DNA of 64,000 nucleotides from a virus. Taxonomy: Duplodnaviria; Caudoviricetes. Shown here piece after piece: positions 26,780 through 35,244 of this stretch. Every line of letters starts with the position of its first letter. The stretch's first letter is position 1. The notes under the pieces were generated by a model. That model was not told the origin of the DNA. It ran no database searches and saw only the letters and a program-made list of their open reading frames with translations. The stretch lies in IMG/VR virus record IMGVR_UViG_3300008262_000055; one strand, written 5' to 3'. The position numbers and the translations under genes are program-made.

Positions 26780-27855
26780 TCTACAGTCTCCGGTTGGGGT
26801 TCAACATTAGTAGTTATCTCAGATTCTAATTTTACGGCACCTTTAGAAACTTCGTCCATAATCTTGTCTAAACACCCGCCTTCATTTCTTTCCCATTCTT
26901 TACGATAGAATTTAAGAATCTCGCCATCTGTTGTTACATAACTTAACCTATTGCCGTCTTTTTTCAACAAAGACTTTCCTTCAAACAAGTCGACTAGTCC
27001 ACTATATGGATTCATACCTGTTTCGTAAGGAATCTTAACTTGTACTGATTCGAACGGTTTAGCGTAACGTGTTTTCATAATCTTACAGGCAGCACGAATA
27101 CCTTTGACTTCTGAAATTTTGTTGCCATCCTCATCCTCTTTGAGTTTGAGTTTTTTCATAGCAACAACAATACTTGATGCGTAGATAAAGCCCTGACCAC
27201 CGCTGATCTTGTCGTCTGGATCAAACATATCTTGGCTTGCGTATGTGTGATTAGTAGCAACTAATCCCACGTTCCAGCTACCAAACATATTCACACAGTT
27301 ACGAACAAGTGCTGTTAGTGCTTTAGGCTTACGGCCCATGTCACCTTTAAGGTCGCCTGCTTCAAACTGATTTACATCAGTAGGAGTTAGCAACATACCA
27401 AGACTATCTAATACGAATAAAACCTTAGGGCGATTTTCTTCTGGCATAGCCTTATACTCTTTCATGAATTCGACAATAGTTTTAGCAACATCGTCAATCA
27501 TAGCCATGTTGAGTTTAAGTAGTTTTTCTTCTGATGTATCTACACCCAAAGCCGTTAACCAAGATTGGTCTAATGCGTTCTCTGAATCTACTAAAACTAC
27601 ATAGATGCCCTGTTCTTGGGCGTGTTTAATCATATTACCTGAACAGATATATGACTTACCTGCTCCGCTTTCGCCAGCAAATACAGTAACCTTACCTAAC
27701 GGAACACCTTTGTGGAAGTCTCCGCTGATCAAATAATTTAAGGCAAAATTGCCAGTACTAACCCAATCAGTTGGGTCGTTAAAACCTATACCAAGACCTT
27801 CAATACTCTTGGTGAGGCTTTTTCTAAACTTTGAAATATCAAATGCTTTTGTCAT
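26776..27855 (-). CDS. uvsX: RecA-like recombinase UvsX
   Basis: AGESGAGKS, VDSENA, VLDSLG, TNHTY and SGGQG. Confidence 0.95.
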   Translation of the reverse strand: MTKAFDISKFRKSLTKSIEGLGIGFNDPTDWVSTGNFALNYLISGDFHKGVPLGKVTVFAGESGAGKSYICSGNMIKHAQEQGIYVVLVDSENALDQSWLTALGVDTSEEKLLKLNMAMIDDVAKTIVEFMKEYKAMPEENRPKVLFVLDSLGMLLTPTDVNQFEAGDLKGDMGRKPKALTALVRNCVNMFGSWNVGLVATNHTYASQDMFDPDDKISGGQGFIYASSIVVAMKKLKLKEDEDGNKISEVKGIRAACKIMKTRYAKPFESVQVKIPYETGMNPYSGLVDLFEGKSLLKKDGNRLSYVTTDGEILKFYRKEWERNEGGCLDKIMDEVSKGAVKLESEITTNVEPQPETVE

Positions 27856-27882
27856 TACTTTTTAGTCCTCACAGAAATGGAA

Positions 27883-27903
27883 TGGAGGGGCATTGCCCCC
27901 CCA
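27883..27903 (-). terminator. GC hairpin after gene 32 (weak terminator or processing site)
   Basis: TGGGGGGC-AAT-GCCCCTCCA with a poor U-tract. Confidence 0.4.
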
Positions 27904-27912
27904 ATTGTTTTA

Positions 27913-28875
27913 TTAGCTTTGGCGTGAACGGATCATCGCTAGGATGTCTTGTGCTCTACTGTTATTAGCACCTGCGGCTGCTGCCGGTGCTGCCTCTGCT
28001 CTAGGAGTCGGAGCGGCTGCTGCCGGCTCGTCATCTTCGCCTGCTGCTACATCGTCTGTGCGACGTGCTACAGGATCACCAGTGGCTTGACTCATACCTG
28101 CTGGTTTGAAGTATTGACCCCAACGATCCATATCATAGGCCTCTCCATCAACTGATGCTTCAAACATTTCTTTGATGATTTTGAGTTCTACTTCTGTGGG
28201 TTTCTTAGGTAGGAAGTCTTTTAAGTTGAAAAGACCTTGTGCTTCAACTGCCACACGCTCTTCATCGCTAAGAGCACGTTCAGTACGGCTCCACTTAGAT
28301 GTGCTGTAGTCAGCATAACCACCTTTGCTAGTTTTAGCAATACGGAAATCAACACCATGGCTGAAATCAGTTGGTAGTTCGTTAAGCTCAGGATCCATCA
28401 AAGCACTCTTAATGATCTGATAGATTTGAGGTCCGATAATAAATCTACGGATTGGATTTTCTGGAGTTGTATCTTCTGCGATAGGATTCTTAACAACGAA
28501 GCCTTGGAAAATGTATGAACGCTTTTTCCAATACTTACGACCCATGTCTTCAAGACTCTTGTCTTTGAACCAGCCACGTACTTCTGAAAGGATCGGACAT
28601 GTTTCATTCCACATTTCCATACAAGGTACTTGTACTTGTACAGCTTTACTGCCTGTGTCACCTTTAATACCGGCAAACGGCAATTTAATCATTGCTCGCT
28701 CGATCCAGAAAAAAGTGTTATTAGAGTCGCCGTCGGGTAAGAAACGAATAGTAGCTTCTTTACCTTCTGCCATGTTCCAGTGTGGATAGATTGCGTTGTC
28801 GCCGCCGCTTGTTTTGCCGCCTTGGCCTGCTTGTGCTTCTTGAAGTTTCGCACGGATTTCTGCTAATGTTGCCAT
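27913..28875 (-). CDS. gp32: single-stranded DNA-binding protein (T4 gp32 type)
   Basis: IRFLP, C...CP, YWKKRSY, GYADYSTSKW and an acidic/Ala-rich tail. SD AGGAGG. Confidence 0.9.
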   Translation of the reverse strand: MATLAEIRAKLQEAQAGQGGKTSGGDNAIYPHWNMAEGKEATIRFLPDGDSNNTFFWIERAMIKLPFAGIKGDTGSKAVQVQVPCMEMWNETCPILSEVRGWFKDKSLEDMGRKYWKKRSYIFQGFVVKNPIAEDTTPENPIRRFIIGPQIYQIIKSALMDPELNELPTDFSHGVDFRIAKTSKGGYADYSTSKWSRTERALSDEERVAVEAQGLFNLKDFLPKKPTEVELKIIKEMFEASVDGEAYDMDRWGQYFKPAGMSQATGDPVARRTDDVAAGEDDEPAAAAPTPRAEAAPAAAAGANNSRAQDILAMIRSRQS

Positions 28876-28928
28876 TTTAAATTGCCTCCTTTAATATGCC
28901 TTAAAATGTATGCCTTACGCATATATGT

Positions 28929-28957
28929 ATTATGCGTGATTTATTTAGTAAAAGCAA
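28929..28957 (-). promoter_or_regulatory. dual promoter of gene 32 (sigma70 plus nested late motif)
   Basis: TTGCTT-17-CATAAT with TAAATA (28942-28947) inside the spacer. Confidence 0.6.
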
Positions 28958-28979
28958 GATGTTTACTATATTTTTTTGC

Positions 28980-29011
28980 CAAAAGAAAAGGTTCTAACAA
29001 GAACCCTTTCT
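28980..29011 (-). terminator. intrinsic terminator
   Basis: AGAAAGGGTTCT-TGTT-AGAACCTTTTCT followed by TTT. Confidence 0.8.
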
Positions 29012-29020
29012 TAAAACCAA

Positions 29021-29215
29021 TCACTTCTTGGCTGCGTCTTTCTTAGCCTCTTCCTTTGCTTTAGCAGGAGCTGCTGGTTTTGCTTCTTCCTTCTTGGCAG
29101 GAGCTGCGGCCGCTGGCTTAGCGTCTGCTGAAGCAGGCTTAGCAGGAGCAGTTGGTGTTTGAGCAAAAGCAGAAACTGCAAAAAGTGACGAAAATAAAGT
29201 TACTAATGATTTCAT
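29021..29215 (-). CDS. signal-peptide-bearing Ala/Lys/Pro-rich low-complexity protein
   Basis: MKSLVTLFSSLFAVSAFA (AxA cleavage site) followed by AKPA/KKEEAK repeats. SD GGAGA. Confidence 0.8.
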   Translation of the reverse strand: MKSLVTLFSSLFAVSAFAQTPTAPAKPASADAKPAAAAPAKKEEAKPAAPAKAKEEAKKDAAKK

Positions 29216-29260
29216 ATGAAAATCTCCATTTTTTATGTCGCTGAGATATTCAGCAACTGT

Positions 29261-29331
29261 ATATATAACGCTTTAAAATATATAACGGTAAATGCGAAAT
29301 GGTAAGACTGATAGCAAATGGTAAAACTGAT
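29261..29331. repeat. two pairs of direct repeats upstream of the secreted-protein gene
   Basis: ATATATAACG at 29261 and 29278. AAATGGTAA(G/A)ACTGAT at 29297 and 29316. Confidence 0.8.
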
Positions 29332-29332
29332 C

Positions 29333-29356
29333 AAAAGAAAGGGCACCGAAGTGCCC
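29333..29356 (-). terminator. intrinsic terminator with UUCG loop
   Basis: GGGCAC-TTCG-GTGCCC followed by TTTCTTTT. Confidence 0.85.
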
Positions 29357-29376
29357 AATCTCAATCTAAAGTATAA

Positions 29377-31254
29377 TTATAGTCCAGATAATTCTTTAAT
29401 TCTTGCTAGTTCATTAACTTGAGGTACTTGTGTGTTTTGATTAGGTGCCATACGCTCTACAAACTGTCGAGCTACTTGTTCTGCCTTTGGACCATATTTT
29501 TTGCCTGCCATTATTATCACAGCCTCTGGACCTTTTGGAAAAGTTTCAGACATGCTGTCATAACAACTGTACATAAATTCAGCTAGTTCTTGTATGTTCA
29601 AAGATTCTTCTTGACCAGATCTCTTACGGAAATCTCGAGCATGTCTGTCGTCATGCTTTGCTGGATCAGGTAAACGATATTTGTCAGTGCCTTTGCCTCT
29701 CATACTTGGTGGTAAATCGTAATCGTCTGCTTTGTCGTATTCTGGGTCATTAGGATTGGCAGCTTCGTATTCATTGCCAAAATCTCCATAGTCTTCGTCA
29801 GATCCATGGCCTGCTGATGCTAGGGCATAACTATCATCAGTTTCGCCGCCTTCATCATCGTATTCCTGTGCTGGCATATCCATATCGCCAAAATCTAATT
29901 CATCTACAACGTCAGGAGCATTGTTTTCTAACCACTGATACACCAACGGACGCACACAAGTGTCTGCGTCTTCTTGGGCAGCATCCTTGATTTCACGTGC
30001 TAATTCCGGATCATCGATTATGCCTTTAAGGCTGCTGATAGCATTCTGTCCATCTACACCTGCTGGGAAATGTTCACCCACCAATGACTGTAGTTTCTCA
30101 ACAGCCGCTGCCTTTTCTTCTTCGTCTTGACTAGTAATAGCATTATCTTCGCCTAGGTTCATGGCCCAATCTTCAAATTTTGAAAATGGATCATTAAATT
30201 CTTCTACGCTGTCGAGGTCGAGTTCTACTTCTTCGTTAGTTGATTGTGTCATCGCGACTATGTCGTCATAGTGTATATCTTCTTTGGTCTGCATTAGGCT
30301 ATAAATGATAGGGAATGCGGCCTTGATATCTTCTTTGAAATTCTTTACTGTAAACTTATTTGTTAGATCTTCGATGAACTCTTCTGGAACCTCTGTTACT
30401 TGTTCTGCCTGGAACTGTGCCTTGAATTGCTCGTAATGTGTTCTTTTAGCTAGTTTCTTAATTGTTTCTCTAAGACCGTCTAGTGTTTCATGAGCACGAC
30501 CAACAATCTCATTAGTTTCGGAGTTCATAAGATCATTACGTACTACATAATTTCCAAAATTCTTTAGGTGTGCTATTTTTTCGCTGATACCGATAATGTG
30601 TTTACCGATATCATCGTAAGGCAATCCGCCTTCTTGTACGTGTCTCTGCATAGCACGAGCACCTGCCAAATGGATGAACGGATATTTAAATCGCTCACCT
30701 TGGCCGTTTTCGATGAACATAGCATTGATGTGTCTAGTTCTAGCACCGGGGCTGGTTTCATCTACTTGTTGATCATGCTTGATGATCAAACGTGTGTTTT
30801 CTAATTTTTGGTAGCTGGTTTTAGCAGTACCGTACATTCCTTCTTTCATAACTCCCTCTCCGACAGGTGTATTATTTGCATATTGACTTAAGAAACTAAA
30901 GTCTCTTTGATCTAAATTATCTTTGGTAATATCGCGTGTGTCAAAACTCATTAATCGACGTTTGGCAAACTCTCTAAGACCTCTTAGAAAATCGTACCAA
31001 CCATCTTTTTGTACAGCATCCATATTTTCAGTAATGCCCGTACTATAGTAGACTTTCATATTCCCAGGCTCGGCTAAACTGATACTTACATGCCCTACAG
31101 GGTTTTCTCCCTCCATGTAATCAAAGTCAAAGAATACCGCATCTTCTGGGTTGATGGTAATTTCGCCTAATTCGGAACCTAATTTTAGGCCAGAAAAACG
31201 GCTTCTAATCTTATAAAAAAGGTCAGTGCTTACGCTTTTGATATTATCTTCCAT
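29377..31254 (-). CDS. conserved hypothetical late protein (acidic C-terminal half)
   Basis: 625-aa ORF with TAAATA-N5-ATG, located immediately downstream of TerL. Confidence 0.8.
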   Translation of the reverse strand: MEDNIKSVSTDLFYKIRSRFSGLKLGSELGEITINPEDAVFFDFDYMEGENPVGHVSISLAEPGNMKVYYSTGITENMDAVQKDGWYDFLRGLREFAKRRLMSFDTRDITKDNLDQRDFSFLSQYANNTPVGEGVMKEGMYGTAKTSYQKLENTRLIIKHDQQVDETSPGARTRHINAMFIENGQGERFKYPFIHLAGARAMQRHVQEGGLPYDDIGKHIIGISEKIAHLKNFGNYVVRNDLMNSETNEIVGRAHETLDGLRETIKKLAKRTHYEQFKAQFQAEQVTEVPEEFIEDLTNKFTVKNFKEDIKAAFPIIYSLMQTKEDIHYDDIVAMTQSTNEEVELDLDSVEEFNDPFSKFEDWAMNLGEDNAITSQDEEEKAAAVEKLQSLVGEHFPAGVDGQNAISSLKGIIDDPELAREIKDAAQEDADTCVRPLVYQWLENNAPDVVDELDFGDMDMPAQEYDDEGGETDDSYALASAGHGSDEDYGDFGNEYEAANPNDPEYDKADDYDLPPSMRGKGTDKYRLPDPAKHDDRHARDFRKRSGQEESLNIQELAEFMYSCYDSMSETFPKGPEAVIIMAGKKYGPKAEQVARQFVERMAPNQNTQVPQVNELARIKELSGL

Positions 31255-31259
31255 GTTTA

Positions 31260-31265
31260 TATTTA
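31260..31265 (-). promoter_or_regulatory. late promoter motif TAAATA-N5-ATG
   Basis: tattta at 31260-31265, ATG at 31254. Confidence 0.7.
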
Positions 31266-31267
31266 TC

Positions 31268-32854
31268 TTAATATATAGAACTTACATAAATGGGCATAGG
31301 CATCTGATCTTCAGATAACCTTTCCGTCATTTTTTCATAGATATGCGGATCCCAATCGGCTAAAATACCAGCCATCCGTATAATTAGCAGAGTAGACGAT
31401 ACTAGGTCGTCATGTTCGCCTGTTTTAGCACCAAATCCTACTCCGTGTGCTACAAATGTTTTTAACTCAGAAATCAGCGGTTTGCTGTTTATCTTCATCT
31501 TATAGGTTTCTAGCATATTTTTAAGTTGGCTGCAAGCCGTTACTTTAGACCTATGTGTAGTATTAAATCCTTTTCGGAATTTACGTACATGACCTTTTCG
31601 TATAGGTTCGCTTAAGAATAGTCCCGGAAAGTTTTCTTCGCCTATATCGTTAATCGTTATCAACGCTGCTTCGCCCAATGTGTTATTTTCAACAGAATAA
31701 TATATTTGTGGCTGACCACCTAACTCCATAGCACGTTCAGCAATATATTTTAATATCTCTCTCATATGCTTTACCTGCGATTGGATAGGTGTTAGATTGT
31801 GATGCCACTCTGCTACTTGTTCCATCGAAGGCATTTCGTAAACTTGTATAGCACCGTAGTCGCCGCCGGTGCCTAGACTAGGATCAAGTGCTACTAGATA
31901 CGTAGCCTGTGGATTAATTTCTTTATACCAACGTGTTTGCCCCATAGTCATTACAGGATCGACACCTTTGAGTTCTGCTAATTTTACTGCGTTGATTAGG
32001 GTTTCATCAAAAATCAAGAATTCACAATCAAACTCTCTGCGGAAACGCTCGTCGCCAATTTTAGCACGTTCTATTTTTGCCCACTCTTCATCGCGATCCG
32101 GGTGTTCTGCCCAATGAGCAAAATAACTGTAAAAACCGTTAGCTCCTAATTTAGCTTCGTTTCCAAATTCGTCAAACTTCTTGTTAGCCTCGGTCCATAT
32201 CAAAGCAAACTGATCTTCGTCTGAGTTTGGAGTTGATGTAATAATACACTTACCACCTGTTGACAATGTTGGTGATAACGCAGTCCAAAACTCTTTGGCT
32301 TTCTCTGGTGGTTGTACAAACGCAAACTCGTCACAGTAAATCAAGGATAGCGACTTACCACGACCTGTGTTTTCAGTAGTTGTGGTTGCTTGGATACGAG
32401 CACCATTATCGTATTCAATAGTATTCCTGTTATAACTGTAAACGCCAGCACGGATAAAATCAGGTAAATTTTCATAGCCATATCGATAACGATTCATAAT
32501 GTCCTGAGCACCCTCATACTTGTGAGCAGCGATCAAAACCTGTGCTTCAGGTACAAACATTGTGTACCATAATAGATAACCAGTAGCACAGGTAGTCTTA
32601 CCCATCTGACGGGGTAACATAGCTATACATTGCTTGTTTTCGTGATAGGCTTGTATCAATCTTTCTTGATATTCATACGGCTCAAACGGAATGCTTCCAC
32701 GAACAGGATGTTGGATCTTTAAAAAATTTCTACAGAAATACAATGGCCCTGTTATAGGATCCATACATGCTTCTAGATGCTTTACTTCTTCTAAAGTATA
32801 CTTGATCTGAGCATGTGCTTTCTTGATCAGATTACCGTCGAGTGATTTTGCCAT
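31268..32854 (-). CDS. gp17: terminase large subunit (T4 gp17 type)
   Basis: LPRQMGKTT, IYCDEFAFV, ITSTPN, VALDPS and HDDLV. Confidence 0.95.
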   Translation of the reverse strand: MAKSLDGNLIKKAHAQIKYTLEEVKHLEACMDPITGPLYFCRNFLKIQHPVRGSIPFEPYEYQERLIQAYHENKQCIAMLPRQMGKTTCATGYLLWYTMFVPEAQVLIAAHKYEGAQDIMNRYRYGYENLPDFIRAGVYSYNRNTIEYDNGARIQATTTTENTGRGKSLSLIYCDEFAFVQPPEKAKEFWTALSPTLSTGGKCIITSTPNSDEDQFALIWTEANKKFDEFGNEAKLGANGFYSYFAHWAEHPDRDEEWAKIERAKIGDERFRREFDCEFLIFDETLINAVKLAELKGVDPVMTMGQTRWYKEINPQATYLVALDPSLGTGGDYGAIQVYEMPSMEQVAEWHHNLTPIQSQVKHMREILKYIAERAMELGGQPQIYYSVENNTLGEAALITINDIGEENFPGLFLSEPIRKGHVRKFRKGFNTTHRSKVTACSQLKNMLETYKMKINSKPLISELKTFVAHGVGFGAKTGEHDDLVSSTLLIIRMAGILADWDPHIYEKMTERLSEDQMPMPIYVSSIY

Positions 32855-32859
32855 ACAAC

Positions 32860-32865
32860 TATTTA
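32860..32865 (-). promoter_or_regulatory. late promoter motif TAAATA-N5-ATG
   Basis: tattta at 32860-32865, ATG at 32854. Confidence 0.7.
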
Positions 32866-32868
32866 ATG

Positions 32869-32895
32869 AAAAAAATAGGCTCCGAAGAGCCTATT
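32869..32895 (-). terminator. intrinsic terminator with UUCG loop
   Basis: AATAGGCTC-TTCG-GAGCCTATT followed by TTTTT. Confidence 0.88.
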
Positions 32896-32911
32896 TGGTT
32901 TTTATGATTGT

Positions 32912-33457
32912 TTATTTAGATTTGATTTCTGCTAACAAAGCTTCTAGTTGTGCTTTGATATCTTCTACAGCCATAGGATTGTCGCCGGGCTGTGTAGCAG
33001 GGAACTGACGTTTCTTGCGATTTAGATCGTCTCCGTTTGGAATAGCAGCACTCATAGGTTTAATCTCTGGATCTGCTCCACCATCTGGTGTGTTAGCAAA
33101 TGATTCTTCTTCCCCACTCATATTATCCATTGGGTCAATATCATTATCGGCCAACGCAGGTGGTTTTGGTAATAGTTTATCTCTCAACGATGCCATTGAT
33201 GGTTCTGTTTTAACCATAGGCAGGGTCGGATCGCTGACATTGCCTCCCATAGGTGATCCCATGGTAGGGTTCACTTTGGTAATCAACTGCATTAATGATT
33301 CAATATTGTCCATGCCTTGAGCATTAAGATTAATACTCATCGACGGTGGAGCAGTTGGTGGTGTTGGCGATGGAGTTGACATAGGCATGCCACACTCCTC
33401 TGATACCTCGCTAGCATTTAGCTCAGCCATCTTTTCTAGTATAGCTTTAAAATCCAT
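32912..33457 (-). CDS. hypothetical Pro/Met-rich protein, probable head-associated
   Basis: 181-aa low-complexity ORF with SD GGAG. Confidence 0.75.
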   Translation of the reverse strand: MDFKAILEKMAELNASEVSEECGMPMSTPSPTPPTAPPSMSINLNAQGMDNIESLMQLITKVNPTMGSPMGGNVSDPTLPMVKTEPSMASLRDKLLPKPPALADNDIDPMDNMSGEEESFANTPDGGADPEIKPMSAAIPNGDDLNRKKRQFPATQPGDNPMAVEDIKAQLEALLAEIKSK

Positions 33458-33466
33458 ATTAACTCC

Positions 33467-33928
33467 CTAGGGCACTTTTAGTGCCTGCTTTATCTTGTTT
33501 AGGTGCTTTGGGCATTTTATATTCGCCCTGATTGTTTTCTTTAGTTCTTTCTTTTCGTTTAACAAGGCTTTACCGCTAGGGCCCTCAGCTGGCTCTGCTT
33601 GTTCGAACGGATCGTTGACATTTCTTACACGAAGATGTGTATTAGAAATACCGGTTGATTCGTGTACATCGATCTGTACTTGTTGTGGTGTTACTGGATA
33701 TGAACACTCACATTCAAACACTGTGACTTCTATATTAGATAGATCTAGAAATTCTAGAGCTGTTTTTTGTATAGGTGTAGTAGCTACTTTTTCAAATTTT
33801 CCGCAACCATACTTGCCCATCTTTGCCTTGGCTTTTTCTTCAAAGCTTTCGGGCAACGGGCCAGCAACCTTGATACGGAAACCGTAGGTTTTTTTGCTTT
33901 CAGATAGATATTCTTTGAATGTTTTCAT
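33467..33928 (-). CDS. hypothetical protein with T4-like capsid-targeting N-terminus; frame break near 33556
   Basis: MKTFKEYLSE start after TAAATA-N5. An alternative frame gives a more natural C-terminus ending at 33459. Confidence 0.7.
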   Translation of the reverse strand: MKTFKEYLSESKKTYGFRIKVAGPLPESFEEKAKAKMGKYGCGKFEKVATTPIQKTALEFLDLSNIEVTVFECECSYPVTPQQVQIDVHESTGISNTHLRVRNVNDPFEQAEPAEGPSGKALLNEKKELKKTIRANIKCPKHLNKIKQALKVP

Positions 33929-33933
33929 ATCAG

Positions 33934-33939
33934 TATTTA
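33934..33939 (-). promoter_or_regulatory. late promoter motif TAAATA-N5-ATG
   Basis: tattta at 33934-33939, ATG at 33928. Confidence 0.7.
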
Positions 33940-34419
33940 TTCCTTTCCCTGGAGTTTTTTCAACAACTCGTTGCGATCAGTTATTACAAACGCCTGTCCG
34001 CTGAGCATGTTATTAGAATCATCATCTCCAGCATCTTTGTCAATTTTAAGTTTTTTTAACTTAGCATCTATAGCTTTTAATTTCTTATCAATCTTTGCTG
34101 ATTTAGCATCTATAGCATTTCTCAGCATAGTACCTGCTACTTCAAAAATACGTCCGCTGTAGCGTACTTCTACGTTCATGCCTAAATCCATAAGATCGTC
34201 GTAGGCATCTTCAGCTTTTTTAGCCAATGCGTCTAATTCGTTTTCGCCTAGGTTTTCTAAATCTGCTATATCTGGCAAACGTCCTGCTATAGCATCTACT
34301 TCGCGATAACTTCTTTCTAGATCACGAACTTCTTCTTTAGATTCTTCAATCACAGGAACTTTAGCCTCAACAGCTCTAGTATCTTCTAAGTTAAAAAGTT
34401 CTTCGAGTTTTTTCGTCAT
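33937..34419 (-). CDS. gp16: putative terminase small subunit (gp16-like)
   Basis: RIFEVAGTML and C-terminal FVITDRNELLKKL resemble gp16 PRAYEV...GSTAEL. Lies near TerL. Confidence 0.65.
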   Translation of the reverse strand: MTKKLEELFNLEDTRAVEAKVPVIEESKEEVRDLERSYREVDAIAGRLPDIADLENLGENELDALAKKAEDAYDDLMDLGMNVEVRYSGRIFEVAGTMLRNAIDAKSAKIDKKLKAIDAKLKKLKIDKDAGDDDSNNMLSGQAFVITDRNELLKKLQGKE

Positions 34420-34426
34420 ACTATAC

Positions 34427-34867
34427 TTATCTGCGTTTTGAACCTTTGTGGAAAATATCGTCTTCGTTAACTACTCTAAAACGAATTCCTTGTTGCTTAC
34501 ACCAAGCAGTAGCAGCTTCCCATTTGGCAAGATTTTTTACGTATTGTTCTTGATTGTATCTGCTCTTTCCTACTTTTTCTAAAAAAGTATGATTACTAGG
34601 TTTTACTTCTACTAGTTCGGCGTGTTTTTTTCCGCCTTTGTCATTGTAAACAATAAAAAAATCAGGCACATATATTGTATATTTGCCTGTTAGCGGGTCT
34701 CTATAAGGAATCTGGATACTTTCTGATGCCCAATTTTCCACTCCCGGGTGCTCGTCTAGCATACGCATGAAAACAAATTCCCATGAACTACGTGCCAGCG
34801 GTGTTTTCTTCCCGATATATTTGTCGGGATTTTTCATTTCAAATTTACCTTGAGCAAATTTAACCAT
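34427..34867 (-). CDS. gp4: head completion nuclease (T4 gp4 type, TnsA-like PD-(D/E)xK)
   Basis: RSSWE, WASESIQIPY, YVPDF and VEVKP. Confidence 0.88.
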   Translation of the reverse strand: MVKFAQGKFEMKNPDKYIGKKTPLARSSWEFVFMRMLDEHPGVENWASESIQIPYRDPLTGKYTIYVPDFFIVYNDKGGKKHAELVEVKPSNHTFLEKVGKSRYNQEQYVKNLAKWEAATAWCKQQGIRFRVVNEDDIFHKGSKRR

Positions 34868-35244
34868 TACGCTCTAATGTTTCTAAGTTTGAGTTGATTA
34901 GCAGTAATCACTGTCCTAAAACCCAATCTCGATGTTTGGCTACGATTTTGATTTAATATCTCAGCCACTAATCCTGTAAGTTCTAACTGTTTCAAAGAAT
35001 CCAAAGTTTCTAATAATTGAAAAACAGGAAATCCGTCTTTCTTAGCCTGTTGTAAAAGAACCATGGCTGTAACTGTTGCTGCTTCGAGGCCAAAACCTTT
35101 ATTAGTTAAAAATCCTATAGTAGCATCTACGTCACTGCCGAGATATTCTTCACCTCGCTGTCCAAAATTATTTAAATAGACTCTACTTCTATCAGCACTA
35201 TCAGTAGATTGTGTAGTCGGTAAATTAGTTAAGACACTATTCAT
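34867..35244 (-). CDS. hypothetical protein
   Basis: 125-aa ORF tiling in the late operon. Confidence 0.75.
   Translation of the reverse strand: MNSVLTNLPTTQSTDSADRSRVYLNNFGQRGEEYLGSDVDATIGFLTNKGFGLEAATVTAMVLLQQAKKDGFPVFQLLETLDSLKQLELTGLVAEILNQNRSQTSRLGFRTVITANQLKLRNIRA

Noticed and set aside
29021-29215. Firm host assignment from the secreted AKPA protein and LPS-type genes
   Set aside because: These only suggest a Gram-negative, probably proteobacterial host. There is no decisive marker in the window.
3040-32854. Introns or inteins in helicase, UvsW, UvsX or TerL
   Set aside because: Lengths and motif spacing are normal, with no intein N-terminal Cys or HN-C/S/T junctions and no interrupted reading frames.
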